Shown piece after piece: positions 25,205 to 35,719 of a stretch of 64,000 nt of DNA. The notes beneath the pieces are model-generated. The model was not told the origin of the DNA and ran no database searches. It saw nothing but the letters and a program-made list of their open reading frames with translations. The number at the start of each line of letters is the position of its first letter. Within the stretch, counting starts at the first letter, position 1. The position numbers and the translations under genes were made by a program. Source of the DNA: an uncultured delta proteobacterium (GTDB lineage: Bacteria > Myxococcota_A > UBA9160 > PR03); contig CAWDFQ010000011.1 in assembly GCA_963801625.1 (NCBI GenBank), positions 18,147-82,146 on the forward strand, given 5' to 3'.

Positions 25205-26318
25205 GCCAGGGTCTGGAACCCGGGCAGAGGCAGTGCCCGTCATCTCGCTGGAGCGGATCGGCCGGCGCTTTGGCGACTTCGTCGCCGTTCACGACATCAG
25301 CTTCGAGATCCGCCGCGGCGAGTTCTTCTCGATGCTCGGCCCCTCCGGCTGCGGCAAGACGACGCTGCTGCGCATGATCGCCGGCTTCGAAGACGTCACG
25401 AGCGGCGTGCTGCGGCTGGACGGCGAGAACGTCGCCGGGGTCCCGCCCTACCGGCGCTCCGTCAACACCGTCTTCCAGAACTACGCGCTGTTTCCGCATC
25501 TCTCGGTCTTCGACAACGTCGCCTTCGGGCCGCGCATCCGCACCCAGCAGCGCGGCGAGATCGACCGCCGCGTGCGCGAGATGCTGGACATCGTGCGTCT
25601 CGGCGACTTCGCTTCGCGCAAGCCGAGCCAGCTCTCGGGTGGCCAGCGCCAACGCGTCGCGCTCGCGCGTGCCCTCGTGAACGATCCGAGTGCGCTGTTG
25701 CTCGACGAACCGCTCTCGGCGCTCGACCTCGATCTGCGCCGCCAGATGCAGCTCGAGCTCAAGCGCATCCAGCGCGACGTCGGCATCACCTTCGTGTTCG
25801 TGACGCACGATCAGGAAGAGGCGCTCACGATGTCCGACCGCATCGCGGTGGTGCGCAGCGGACGACTCGAGCAGGTCGGCACGCCCGAAGAGATCTACGA
25901 AGCGCCGGCCTCGGCGTTCGTGGCGCGTTTCATCGGCAGCGCGAACCTGATCCCGGTGACGGTCGAGAAGACCGCGAACAGCCGTGCGACGCTCTGCCTG
26001 CCCGGCGGGCGTCGCGGTGAAGTGCCGACCGGAGGTCGCAGCTTCGACGCAGGGACGCCGGCGCTCTTGATGATCCGGCCCGAGCGCCTGGAACTCGCCG
26101 CGAGCGAGCCGCCGCCCGAAGTGCTCGCGCTGCCCGTCACCTGTACCGACATGGTCTTCCAGGGAGCGATGCGGCGCTGCGCGCTGCGCGACCCGTCCGG
26201 CGGCGAGCTGATCGACTATCTCGAGGCGTCGCGCCAGGCTCCCGACGTGGTGCCCGGCGCCTCGCTGTGGGTCAGCTGGCAACCAGACGCCGCGCGCCTG
26301 CTCCATCCGGACGACTGA
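25188..26318 (+). CDS. potA: Polyamine ABC ATPase
   Basis: GPSGCGKTT, TVFQNYALFPH, LSGGQRQR, THDQEEA, C-terminal TOBE-like domain. Confidence 0.92.
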   Translation: MGARFEPGSGTRAEAVPVISLERIGRRFGDFVAVHDISFEIRRGEFFSMLGPSGCGKTTLLRMIAGFEDVTSGVLRLDGENVAGVPPYRRSVNTVFQNYALFPHLSVFDNVAFGPRIRTQQRGEIDRRVREMLDIVRLGDFASRKPSQLSGGQRQRVALARALVNDPSALLLDEPLSALDLDLRRQMQLELKRIQRDVGITFVFVTHDQEEALTMSDRIAVVRSGRLEQVGTPEEIYEAPASAFVARFIGSANLIPVTVEKTANSRATLCLPGGRRGEVPTGGRSFDAGTPALLMIRPERLELAASEPPPEVLALPVTCTDMVFQGAMRRCALRDPSGGELIDYLEASRQAPDVVPGASLWVSWQPDAARLLHPDD

Positions 26319-26335
26319 ACGCAGCGAACTCCGCT

Positions 26336-27336
26336 CTACTCGTCGCTGCCCCAGGCGTTGAAGTTGTAGATGACCTCGGCGCCGATCACGACCTGGTTGT
26401 CGCTGAACCCGCTCGAATGCTCGAAGAACTCGCCGTCGCTGGTGTCCTTCTTGGTGATGTCGTCGTAGCGGACTTCGCCGCGGATCTTCAGGTGGTCGGT
26501 GAGCAGGTGGTCGAGCGTCGCGGTGATGCCCCATACGCTGATGTCGGTCAGCGCGAGGGTCCTGCCGTCGGGGCCGCGGATGTCGCCGTTCGGATCGAAG
26601 CCGACGAAGCCGAAGAAGTTGTCGGAGTCGGTCGCGTACTCGGCGCGGAGCGCGAGGCTGGTCCGGTCGGTGAACGAGTTCTTGCTGGACGCCGTTTGCT
26701 CGTTGCCCCAAATGCCGTTCAAGCCGATCGACAGCAAGTCGTTCTCCCAGCCGACGTGGCCAAGAATCGACTTCGACTCGTTGTTGTCGGGGTCGTTCGC
26801 GAGGTATCCGTTCACGGCGCCGAGCTTCGCGTCGAAGCCCGAGTCGCCGAAGCTGTTTTCGGCGATCACGCCGATGTGGTCGAGGGGGAGATGTAGAGGC
26901 CCGAATCGTCGCGGATTTCGCGGTTGCCGATGCGGCCGAGCAGTTCGGCGGTCAGCCCGTACGCCACCTCGAGGCGGAATCCGGCCCGATTCTCTTCGCC
27001 GATCTCGCGCTCCAGATCGATCCACGCCGCCTGGAACGCGAAGCTGTTGGAGTCGGAGTGGAGCGGGTAGAACGCGTCGTTGAGGCCGGCGTTGGTCCCG
27101 TCCATGCCGCCGTTGCGGCCGGCGGTGGGACCATTGACGTTCCAGAGGTAGCTGGCCTACAGCGAGCCGCTGATGGCGATCTGACCGAGGAAACCGGGCA
27201 GACCGCTGCTCGCACCGCGCGTCTCGGCGATCCCGGCCTGCTCGATCAACTGCGATTGCGCGGCCGTCGCCAGCGACGGGGCTGCGAAGATCAACCCTGC
27301 GAGCACCGCGCTCGAGACGATCCACTTTGGAGTCAT
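26336..27336 (-). pseudogene. Outer-membrane beta-barrel porin (BBP2-like), frameshifted and apparently internally deleted
   Basis: Signal peptide, GFRLEVAYG, DNNESKS, LALRAEY, KIRGEVRYD, GAEVIYNF; split across three frames. Confidence 0.6.
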
Positions 27337-27457
27337 GTCGATCCCCCGCCTGCTCCCACCGCGGACCGGGCTCCTGCCCCGTTGCGGCCGGGAGAAGCTC
27401 GAACCGGCGGCGCAACATCGATCGGATGCAGGAAATTCGCGCCGACAAACGGTTCCG

Positions 27458-28447
27458 CTACCAAGGATTTCCGCCGGACGGAGCGGGCCGGTTCGGGCCG
27501 GAGGGACCGCTGCCGCGCTCGCCTCGCGCGTAGCTCTCGAGTCGCGCGCGGAGACCGACGCCGTCGCGCTGCTGGAGCCAGGCACGGCGCTCGGATTCCG
27601 CGAAGAGTTCACCGGCCGTCCAGTAGCGGAACAACTGCTTGAGGCGCGCGAGGATTCCGCCAGCGGGGAACTGGGCGCGCGTGCGCATCGCGTCGGCGTA
27701 GTCGAGCAGGAAGCGAGCCGCCTCGCCGCGCGACACGCGTGCGCCGCAGAAGATCCACGGATTGGCGAGCGCACCGCGTCCGACCATCGCGAACGCGCAG
27801 CCGGTTTCGTCGCGCATGCGCTGCAAGTCGGCGTGCGTCTTCACACTGCCATTGCCGCACACCGGAATCGAGACCGCGGCGACCGCGCGCGCGATGCGCG
27901 TCCAGTCGACCTCGTCCTGATAGGCCTCGGCGCGCGTGCGGCAGTGCACCGTCAGCAGCGCGGCGCCGCCCGCTTCCGCGGCGCGCGCGAGTTCCTCGAC
28001 GCGGCTCGCGTCGCCGACGCCGGCGCGAATCTTTGCGGTCACCGGCGTCGTCGGCAGCGCCAGCGCGACGGCGCGCACGACGCGCTCGATTGCCGCGGGA
28101 TCGTCGAGCAACGCCGAACCCGCGCAACCGCGGAGCGCGCCCTTCGCCGGGCAACCGAAGTTGAGGTCGATGAGCGGCGCGCCGCATTCCACCGCGTTCT
28201 GCGCCGTGGCGGCGAGCTTGGCGAGATCCGACCCCATCAGCTGCAACCCGACGGGCGCCTCGAAGCGCTGCGGTCCCAGATGGCGCTGCAACACATGATG
28301 GGGCGTCGGCGCTTCGGAAACGCGCACGAATTCGGTGAACGCGCCGCCGAGCGCCGTCGCCGCGTTGCGGGCGAGCACGAGGTCGCGGAAGCACGGCTCG
28401 GTGACACCCTCCATCGGCGCGAGAAGGAACGGAGCGGTGAACGGCAA
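27458..28447 (-). CDS. dus: tRNA-dihydrouridine synthase
   Basis: LAPMEGVT, DLNFGCP, TAKIRAG, VHCRT, MVGRGALANPW. Confidence 0.93.
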   Translation of the reverse strand: MPFTAPFLLAPMEGVTEPCFRDLVLARNAATALGGAFTEFVRVSEAPTPHHVLQRHLGPQRFEAPVGLQLMGSDLAKLAATAQNAVECGAPLIDLNFGCPAKGALRGCAGSALLDDPAAIERVVRAVALALPTTPVTAKIRAGVGDASRVEELARAAEAGGAALLTVHCRTRAEAYQDEVDWTRIARAVAAVSIPVCGNGSVKTHADLQRMRDETGCAFAMVGRGALANPWIFCGARVSRGEAARFLLDYADAMRTRAQFPAGGILARLKQLFRYWTAGELFAESERRAWLQQRDGVGLRARLESYARGERGSGPSGPNRPAPSGGNPW

Positions 28448-28493
28448 CGGGCTGCGCGGAACGCCGTCTCGTTCGAGCGTCGCTGTCGCCAGA

Positions 28494-29360
28494 TCAGCCG
28501 CCCAGCCGCGATGCGATCCGGCGCAGCAGGCGCTGGATCGGGTAGCGCTCCGGATCGGCGGCCTGCACCGCGCGCAGCTCGCCGATCTGTGTCTCGACCG
28601 CGGTCTGCACTTCGCGCCGCAGCGCGAAGCAGGCTTCGCGATCTTCGTGACGCCCGCCGAAGTGCTGCGTGTCGATCGGCGCGCCGAACAGGAAGTACTG
28701 CCGTTCGAGGCGCGGCAGACCCACGGGACCCGCGCCGCGCGTCAGCGGCGGCAGCAGCTCGCCGTTCCGGAACCAGGCCTGTGTCGTCACGCCGAGTACG
28801 CGCAGCAGGTCGCCCACCGGCGAGCGCAGGATGTCCTCCGCGTCGGCGACGATCTCGAACATCTCCTCCACGCCGACCGACGCGAACGGGACGATCGGAA
28901 CGCCGTACTGGATCGCGAGTCGCGCGAAGCCGATGCGCTCCTTCCAGATCAGCTGGTACTTCTCGCTCTTGCGCTTCATGACTTCGCGGCCGCCGCCCGG
29001 AAACACCAGCACCGCTTCGCCGCGTTCGAAGAGCTGCGCGCAGTTCTCGCGGGTGCCGCGCACGCCACCGAACCGGTGCACCAGGTCGCGCCAGATCGGC
29101 AGGTCGAAGTGGACGTGATCTCCGAGTCCGCGCACCAGGCGACCGGTCTTCTCGTAGAGTTCGAGCCCGAGCATCGGAATGTCGAGGACACCGTAGACCG
29201 TGTGGTTGCCCGTGAGCAGGACCGCTCCCGCGAGCGGAACGTGCTCGATGCCGATCGCGACGGGACTCAGCAGCCGGCGCAGCGGCGTCGCGATTCGCAG
29301 CACTTCGTCCATCGGGAGCGGCTCGAAGTCGATCGTCTCTGCGCGGGGCGTCTCGGGCAT
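28494..29360 (-). CDS. Lysophospholipid/diacylglycerol acyltransferase family
   Basis: GNHTVYGVLD (HxxxxD-like), VFPGGGRE, GFARLA. Confidence 0.87.
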   Translation of the reverse strand: MPETPRAETIDFEPLPMDEVLRIATPLRRLLSPVAIGIEHVPLAGAVLLTGNHTVYGVLDIPMLGLELYEKTGRLVRGLGDHVHFDLPIWRDLVHRFGGVRGTRENCAQLFERGEAVLVFPGGGREVMKRKSEKYQLIWKERIGFARLAIQYGVPIVPFASVGVEEMFEIVADAEDILRSPVGDLLRVLGVTTQAWFRNGELLPPLTRGAGPVGLPRLERQYFLFGAPIDTQHFGGRHEDREACFALRREVQTAVETQIGELRAVQAADPERYPIQRLLRRIASRLGG

Positions 29361-29790
29361 CGCGCACTACGGTAGCCGCGCCCCGATCGACGACACGGGT
29401 TCGTCCGGTCGTCGCCCGACCGCATGAGCGCCCCCGGGCCTGAGACCGGGATTCGAATTTCGCTTCGCTGCGGTGCGGATCCCGTCACGGGATGCCAGGG
29501 CTAAGCGGGGACGCGCCGCGATTCTCGGATCGGAGTTCGACACGGCCGGGTGCGCCCGGCCGGGATCGAAGTCGATGCGCTGCGTCGCAGCGCCAGCACT
29601 GGGAACAGCTACGCTTGCCGCGAGTCTGCTGTGGACGCAGGGTTCGAGTGGCGGAGAACACGTGAACAAGCCGGTTCGAGCCATCGCTCCCTCGCGGTCC
29701 CTTCGCCATCCTCGATACGGCCCTGCCGGAATCGGCTCTGGCTCGCCCGCGTGCTTCTTCGGCACGCTAAGCGGCGAGGCGCCGTAGCGC

Positions 29791-31026
29791 GTGATCGCAG
29801 TTCGCAAGCGCGCCCTCGTCGTCGCGCTGGTGCTCGCGCTGGCGGGCGCCGGCGTGCTGGTGTGGCGTCTCGCGACAATGCGCGGCGACGCAGCCCAGGA
29901 GACAGCGGAGCAGCAGATGGCGGCGCAGCTCGCGGCGCTCGGTTACGTGGACGAGGTGACCGAGGAGCTCGATCCGTCGCGCAGCGGTGTGGTGCACCAC
30001 GACGCCTCCCGCGCCTCGCCGGGCGTGAACGTCTACTGCTCGGTGCACGGCGACCGCGTCCACTTCCTCGACATGGAGGGCCGCGAGTTGCACACGATCG
30101 CGCTCTCGGATGCCGGCGAGGGCGCGGACTGCATGCTCGAGCCGTATGGCGAACGCTCCTTTCTCGCACTCACCCAGCCGAGGCTCAGGCTCCTCGACTT
30201 CGATTCGCACGTGGTATGGACGAGCGAAGAGGGGCCGCACCACGACGTTGCGGTGGACGCCGAGGGTCGGATCTGGACTCTGCTCCAACTCGACGGCCTG
30301 TTGCGCGAGAAGGGGCATGCGTTGCCCATCGTGGACCATTCTCTGGCCCGCCTCGGCCCGGGCGGTCAGGTGGAGTGGCAGCTCCGCCTGTCGGAGCTCT
30401 TCGGGCACGCCGTGCCCGAACCGCGCCTGGCTCGCATGGAGCAGATCCTCAGGGAATCGGGGCAGTCCTCGCCGGCCTACATCGAGGCGAGCGACGTCTT
30501 CCATTTCAACACCGTCGAGGTGCTCGACCGCGATCTGCCCGTGGCGCGCCGGGGTGACATCTTGCTGTGTGCGCGAGAACTCGACCTCGTGGTGATCGTG
30601 GATCCAGAGACGCGCGCCGTGGTCTGGAGCTGGGGCCCGGGCAGACTCGACGGGCCCCACCATCCGTCGCTGCTCCCGAGCGGCAATCTGCTGATCTTCG
30701 ACAACGGCGCCCGGCGCGGCTGGTCGCGGCTCATCGAAGTCGAGCCGTCCACGGGCAACATCGTGTGGAGGTATCGAGGCCATCCGCCGCCGAGCTTCTC
30801 GAGCCCCGTGCGCGGCGGCGCCCAGGCGCTGCCCAACGGGAACGTGCTCGTCACCGAGAGCACGCGCGGACGCGTCTTCGAGGTGACCCGCGACGGCGCG
30901 ATCGTCTGGACCTTCCTGAACCCCGATTTCGAGGAGAAGACGCGGCAGCAGATCTACCGGATGCAGCGCGTGTCGCTCGAGCGCTACGCCGCATGGGCCG
31001 GATCCGCCAATCGATCGACCCCGTAG
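29791..31026 (+). CDS. Arylsulfotransferase (ASST)-like beta-propeller protein
   Basis: N-terminal TM, LAALGYV, HHDV, HFNTV, HHPSLL, FDNG, GGAQALPNGNVLVTES. Confidence 0.8.
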   Translation: MIAVRKRALVVALVLALAGAGVLVWRLATMRGDAAQETAEQQMAAQLAALGYVDEVTEELDPSRSGVVHHDASRASPGVNVYCSVHGDRVHFLDMEGRELHTIALSDAGEGADCMLEPYGERSFLALTQPRLRLLDFDSHVVWTSEEGPHHDVAVDAEGRIWTLLQLDGLLREKGHALPIVDHSLARLGPGGQVEWQLRLSELFGHAVPEPRLARMEQILRESGQSSPAYIEASDVFHFNTVEVLDRDLPVARRGDILLCARELDLVVIVDPETRAVVWSWGPGRLDGPHHPSLLPSGNLLIFDNGARRGWSRLIEVEPSTGNIVWRYRGHPPPSFSSPVRGGAQALPNGNVLVTESTRGRVFEVTRDGAIVWTFLNPDFEEKTRQQIYRMQRVSLERYAAWAGSANRSTP

Positions 31027-31031
31027 CCGAG
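30994..31031 (+). repeat. 38-bp direct repeat, left copy
   Basis: TGGGCCGGATCCGCCAATCGATCGACCCCGTAGCCGAG, identical to 41630-41667; contains the ASST stop codon. Confidence 0.95.
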
Positions 31032-31195
31032 CGGCCGAAGGCCAGCAGGGACGGACTCGTACCCACATCCCCGGTTCCAAGCATCGGGGTCCGCGGCGAG
31101 TCGAGATTCGGACGACGCCGCCTGGTGCAATCCACAGCACTTCGCCGACCGGGAAATCAACTCCGCCATTTCGATGCGCCTTGGGGGAGCGCTGC

Positions 31196-32866
31196 CTACG
31201 AACCCGCATCCGCCAGCGGAGGCGGCGCGGTCCAGGGGCGACTTCCGGGAAGCGGGTCCTTGACTTCGTAGAGCACGTTCTTTCCGTACGCTTCGACGAG
31301 TCGCAGGCGTGTCGACGCGTGCAGCGCCAGGAATTCGGGTCGATCGTCGAGCACGACGTAGCCGAGCGGAATGGCGTTCAGGTAGCGCTCGACCCACGCC
31401 GGTTCCTGCAGGTCGCTCGGGATCTTCACGCCGGCGTTGCCGCACGACAGATAGAACTCCCACGGATCTGGAGAGGCGACGACGGCGTCGCGCTCCACCC
31501 TACCGCACAACGCGCGCCACGGATCCGCGAGCGACCGCACCGGATGCTCCACCGATCTGCGGTAGGCCCGCCAGTCGGAGGGGGCCGCGCGCAGCCAGCC
31601 CTTCCAGTTGTCGAAGCCCGCCAAGACCAGAAGCACCGCGAGCGGCAGCGCCCTGGCTCCGCTGCCGAGGCGGCGAATCCACGGCTGTGGCGCGGCCCTC
31701 GAGCGATCGCGAAGGCCCTGCCCGAGGTCGCCCATCGAGGCGCACGCGAGGAACCAGAAGCCCACCGCACTCGGGAGCGGATAGCGAAGAGAAGAGAAGC
31801 CAATGGTCACGACGAGCGTGCTCGCGAGCAGCAACAGCCCCGCACAGGCCGCGAAGATGCGCTCCGGCTGTCTTCGGTGCCGCAACAGGGAGTAGACCAG
31901 CGCCGGAGCAGCGAACCAGCCGAGGTGGAGGTAGGCGCCGTCGACGAAGAACTCTTGTGCCAGCATCCGCACGTTGCTCTCGAAGGCGACCGCCACCTGC
32001 GGCGCGCTCGCTGCGAGCGCCCGCCAACCGCGGTATTCCCACTGATACCGGCGCAGCGCTTCCCAATCCAACTCGAACATGACACCGTAGTGTGCGTATG
32101 GAAAGAGACCTGTCGCCGCCCAGTGAGAGGCGATGGCGGCTGCGACGAGCGCGAGGAACGCCAACAGGAACGTCCACCACGGCCCGGTCCGCAGCGACCT
32201 TCGGCATCCCAGTTCGATCCCGCTGGCGATGAGCACTGCCGGAGCGAGCACTGCGAGATTCGGTCGCGTGAGCCACCCGACGAACGCCACGAAGGCGAGC
32301 GTCAGCGCTCGCGCGTGGGAGGCATGGAAGCCTCGATACAGCCCAATCACGAGCAGCACGACACCGCTCGCCGTTGCCTCGCTCATGAGCTGCTGAGACG
32401 CCAGCACCCAGACGTACGACCAGCTGATCGCGATCGCGAACGCGACGGCGGCGGCCCCAGTCATGGCTCGCCGAGCCACCCACACCCCCGACGCACCCAC
32501 GAGGCTCGCCCAGACGATGTGCGCCACGCGAAGCTCGGTCAGGTTCGCGCCGAGCGCGAGGGGACCTGTCAGCAGAACCGGGAGCGCAACAGGCCGGACG
32601 GCCAGCGCCGGGATGGGTACGTGGACATCCGCCAGGTAGCTCGTCCACATCAACGGATCGACGAGGCCTTGCCCGTTTACGAGGTTCCACGCGATCGCAA
32701 CGTATTCCACTGCGTCGCGCCAGAGGGGCCAGCCGGCGAGCACCCGCGGCAGCGCGAGGACGATGCTTCCGGCAGCGACGAGGATGAATGCGAGAGCAGC
32801 GCGCTTCCTCGAGAGAAGATCAACCCGATCGCTCCTCGGGCACGCTCGCGGCGAGTCTGCATTCAT
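31196..32866 (-). CDS. Polytopic membrane protein, GT-C (ArnT/PMT-like) glycosyltransferase
   Basis: DAVEYVAIAWNL after TM1, RPVALP, MSEA, LTRPN, LRY; many TM segments. Confidence 0.7.
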   Translation of the reverse strand: MNADSPRACPRSDRVDLLSRKRAALAFILVAAGSIVLALPRVLAGWPLWRDAVEYVAIAWNLVNGQGLVDPLMWTSYLADVHVPIPALAVRPVALPVLLTGPLALGANLTELRVAHIVWASLVGASGVWVARRAMTGAAAVAFAIAISWSYVWVLASQQLMSEATASGVVLLVIGLYRGFHASHARALTLAFVAFVGWLTRPNLAVLAPAVLIASGIELGCRRSLRTGPWWTFLLAFLALVAAAIASHWAATGLFPYAHYGVMFELDWEALRRYQWEYRGWRALAASAPQVAVAFESNVRMLAQEFFVDGAYLHLGWFAAPALVYSLLRHRRQPERIFAACAGLLLLASTLVVTIGFSSLRYPLPSAVGFWFLACASMGDLGQGLRDRSRAAPQPWIRRLGSGARALPLAVLLVLAGFDNWKGWLRAAPSDWRAYRRSVEHPVRSLADPWRALCGRVERDAVVASPDPWEFYLSCGNAGVKIPSDLQEPAWVERYLNAIPLGYVVLDDRPEFLALHASTRLRLVEAYGKNVLYEVKDPLPGSRPWTAPPPLADAGS

Positions 32867-33117
32867 GCGCGGCGAAAGTAGCAGGACAGCTCCGCCCGGA
32901 GAGCGGAGTCTCGTCAACGTCAGGTAGAAATGTCGGAGGCTCTGCAAAGTGGAAACGTCCGGGACGGACGTCCGATCTGCGACGCCGGGCGATGCCACTG
33001 GGCGACCGCGGATCGCACTCAACGGATGTCGACCGCCCGAGTCGCCGCCGGTTCCTGTAGACTCTCTTGCCGAGCACAGAGTAGAGCCCGCCGCACGCCA
33101 GCCAGGAAGCATCCGCG

Positions 33118-34014
33118 ATGTCGAGCGAGTTCCCGCAGACCGCTTTGCTCAGCACCCAGGGAGGAAACGCCTGCCCGGTGTGCAGCGCGCCGAGCGTGCC
33201 GCGGATCGATCTCATCGCCTACCGGCTCTTCGAGTGTTCCCACTGCGGTAGCTGGTCGAGCGACGCGCTTGCGCGCGCGGCCTCCACCTCCTTCGATCCG
33301 GTCCACTACTTCGAGAATGCGCAGATGGACGAGGACAAGTGGGAATCGTTGCTCGAACGTCTCGAGACGGAAGGCAGATCCCTTCGCCGCGCACTCGACG
33401 TCGGCTGCGGAACCGGCGCCTACCTGCGCTTTCTCGGCCGCCGCCTGCCCGGCGCGGAGCGGGTCGGGATCGAGCTCGACGCCGAGCGCGCTGCGCAGGC
33501 GCGCAGCGCGAATCCCGATGCCCGGATTCTCGTCGGCGATGCGCTCGAAACCCTCACCGCCGTCGAACCCCCCTTCGATCTCATCACGCTCTGGGATGTA
33601 TTCGAGCATGTCCCGGAGCCCGCGCGTCTGCTCCAGAAGATGGCGGCGCTGCTCGCGCCGACGGGGACGATCTACCTCCAGACGATTCACGAGCGAAGCC
33701 TGGTTCCCGCGCTCGGCCGCCTCGCCTATCGGCTGACCGGCGGTCGCGTGAAGGCGCCGGCGCGACGCACTCACGATGCACACCATCTGGTGTTCTTCAC
33801 CCGCGCCGGCTTGCAGACGATGGCGGCGCGGGCGGGTCTCGGGATCCGGGAGCTCTGGTTCGATCGGCTCGCACACGCGCGCATGGACGGCCATCCGCTC
33901 GTGACGGCAGCGACCTCGTTGCTGCTCGCCGCCGAGAACGCGCTCGGCAACGGTCTCTTCGTGAACCTGCTGCTCGAGCCAGCGACGACGGCTACGCGAG
34001 CGCCGGGCGCCTAG
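33118..34014 (+). CDS. Class I SAM methyltransferase with N-terminal Zn ribbon
   Basis: CPVC...CSHC, LDVGCGTG, WDVFEHVPEP. Confidence 0.85.
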   Translation: MSSEFPQTALLSTQGGNACPVCSAPSVPRIDLIAYRLFECSHCGSWSSDALARAASTSFDPVHYFENAQMDEDKWESLLERLETEGRSLRRALDVGCGTGAYLRFLGRRLPGAERVGIELDAERAAQARSANPDARILVGDALETLTAVEPPFDLITLWDVFEHVPEPARLLQKMAALLAPTGTIYLQTIHERSLVPALGRLAYRLTGGRVKAPARRTHDAHHLVFFTRAGLQTMAARAGLGIRELWFDRLAHARMDGHPLVTAATSLLLAAENALGNGLFVNLLLEPATTATRAPGA

Positions 34015-34687
34015 CGCGCACCAGCAAGTTCTTGCCGACTCGTCCGCCCAACAATGAATCGAGTCGCCGGCTCAGCGGGAACACCGCCCTGTCGTAGAGC
34101 CGCACCGCGCGCGGGTCGAGCAGGCCCTCGCGATCGCCGAAGAGGCGGTACCAGAGTCCGGCCGCGAAGCCGATCGAGTCCACGTACGAGGCCGCCTCGA
34201 CCTGGAATCCGGCGTCGCCGAGCGCGTCGAGCAGCGCCGGCTTGCGGTAGCGGCGGACGTGTCCCACCCGCTCGTCGTTCGCCGAGTACAGGATCTGGAA
34301 GGCGGGCACGTAGAGGAAGAGCCGCCCGCCCGGCTCGAGGCGCTGGTAGATCGCGGCCAGGATTCCGCGGTCGTCCGCGATGTGCTCGAGCACGTTGATG
34401 GAGTAGATGCCGTCGAAGCGCAGATCGCCCACGGCTTCGAGGCTCGCGTGGCTCGTGATGCCGTGGCTCTGGATCCGCTCGCGCAGGGCGGGATCGGGCT
34501 CGACGGCGTGGACGGCTCGGCGCTGTTCGTACAGCGCACGCGAGAAGCGACCATTGCCGGCGCCGAAGTCGAGCACGCGCTCTGTGCCGTGACTCCAGGC
34601 GAGCAGCTCGTCGATGAGAAAGCGGTTGTAGTTGACCGCCTCCTCCATCACCTCGATCAGGTCGGGTGCTTCAAACGGTCGGTCCAT
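33992..34687 (-). CDS. Class I SAM methyltransferase
   Basis: LDFGAGNG, NVLEHIADD, GHVRRY. Confidence 0.87.
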   Translation of the reverse strand: MDRPFEAPDLIEVMEEAVNYNRFLIDELLAWSHGTERVLDFGAGNGRFSRALYEQRRAVHAVEPDPALRERIQSHGITSHASLEAVGDLRFDGIYSINVLEHIADDRGILAAIYQRLEPGGRLFLYVPAFQILYSANDERVGHVRRYRKPALLDALGDAGFQVEAASYVDSIGFAAGLWYRLFGDREGLLDPRAVRLYDRAVFPLSRRLDSLLGGRVGKNLLVRARRPALA

Positions 34688-35627
34688 TGGGACGTTTCTG
34701 GTCGAGCGCGCGTTTCCACAGCTCGATCGACTCCTGGTGCAGCTTCGAGATGGTGTCGAGGACGAGCCCTGCGGAGAGGCAGATCATGGAGAGAATCCCC
34801 AGGCCCGCGGCAAGGATTGCGCGCGGCACGTGCAGCACGTAGCGCGTGTCCAGATAGTCGCGAATTGGGGCACTGCCGACCAGCAGCGAGGCCAGCGCCA
34901 GCAGGCCGGCGAGACCCGAGAAGAAGAGCAGTGGCTTGTAGTCCTTGAAGATCAGGACGATGCACTTGAGGATCAAGAGACCGTCGCTCCAGGTGCTGAG
35001 CTTCGAGAGGCTGCCTTCGGGACGGCGGCCGTACTCGACCGGCATCTCCGCCCAGGCGAGCCGCTTGGTGAGGCACTGGAGCGTCATCTCGGTCTCGACC
35101 TCGAAGCCGCCCGTGCGCAGCCGCACCAGATCGACGAAGCGGCGCGAGAGCACCCGATAGCCGGAGAGCACGTCGGCGAAGCGGGTGCGAAACAGCGTCG
35201 AGATGGTGCCACTGATCACGAGGTTGCCGATCCGGTGGAACGGCCGGAACGAATCCTCGTCGTGCTCATCGAGACGGCTCGCGACGAGCATGTCGAGCTC
35301 GTCGCGTCGGAAGCGCTCGAGCATCTTGGGGGCCGCGGCCGCCGAGTAGGTGCCGTCGCCATCGACCAGGATGTAGACATCGGCGTCGACCGCGTTCGAC
35401 ATGTGCTGGAGGACATGGCCCTTGCCCTGCATGGGCGAACGGACCACGCGCGCACCGGCGCGCGCCGCAATCTGCCCGGTGCCGTCCGTGGAATTGTTGT
35501 CGAACACGTAGATCGCGGCGCCCGGAAGCTCGCGCATGAAGTCCTGGACGACCCGTTCGATCGTCGGAGCCTCGTTGAAGCAGGGGATCACGACGGCGAC
35601 GCGCGGAGCGGCGGCAGGCGTCTCCAT
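34671..35627 (-). CDS. GT2 polyprenyl-phosphate glycosyltransferase (DPM1/GtrB-like)
   Basis: IPCFNE, DNNSTDGT, DGDGTY, DVLSGYR, two C-terminal TMs. Confidence 0.88.
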   Translation of the reverse strand: METPAAAPRVAVVIPCFNEAPTIERVVQDFMRELPGAAIYVFDNNSTDGTGQIAARAGARVVRSPMQGKGHVLQHMSNAVDADVYILVDGDGTYSAAAAPKMLERFRRDELDMLVASRLDEHDEDSFRPFHRIGNLVISGTISTLFRTRFADVLSGYRVLSRRFVDLVRLRTGGFEVETEMTLQCLTKRLAWAEMPVEYGRRPEGSLSKLSTWSDGLLILKCIVLIFKDYKPLLFFSGLAGLLALASLLVGSAPIRDYLDTRYVLHVPRAILAAGLGILSMICLSAGLVLDTISKLHQESIELWKRALDQKRPNGPTV

Positions 35628-35719
35628 TGCGGACCTCCCTCGGCTGTCGTTCGCCGAAATGGTTAGTTCAGCGGCTCGGGGTGGGGTTGGTCAAGCGCAA
35701 GACGAAGCCGGTGGCTCTC

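Noticed and set aside
27400-27460. sigma54 promoter upstream of the porin gene (CGGCGCGAATTTCCTGCA, minus strand)
   Set aside because: GG to GC spacing is 12, not the required 10
29361-29790. tRNA or ncRNA in the 430-nt intergenic region (several GTTCGA/TTCGAA words)
   Set aside because: I could not build a cloverleaf: no matching T-stem, acceptor stem or D-arm; tRNAscan/Infernal would settle it
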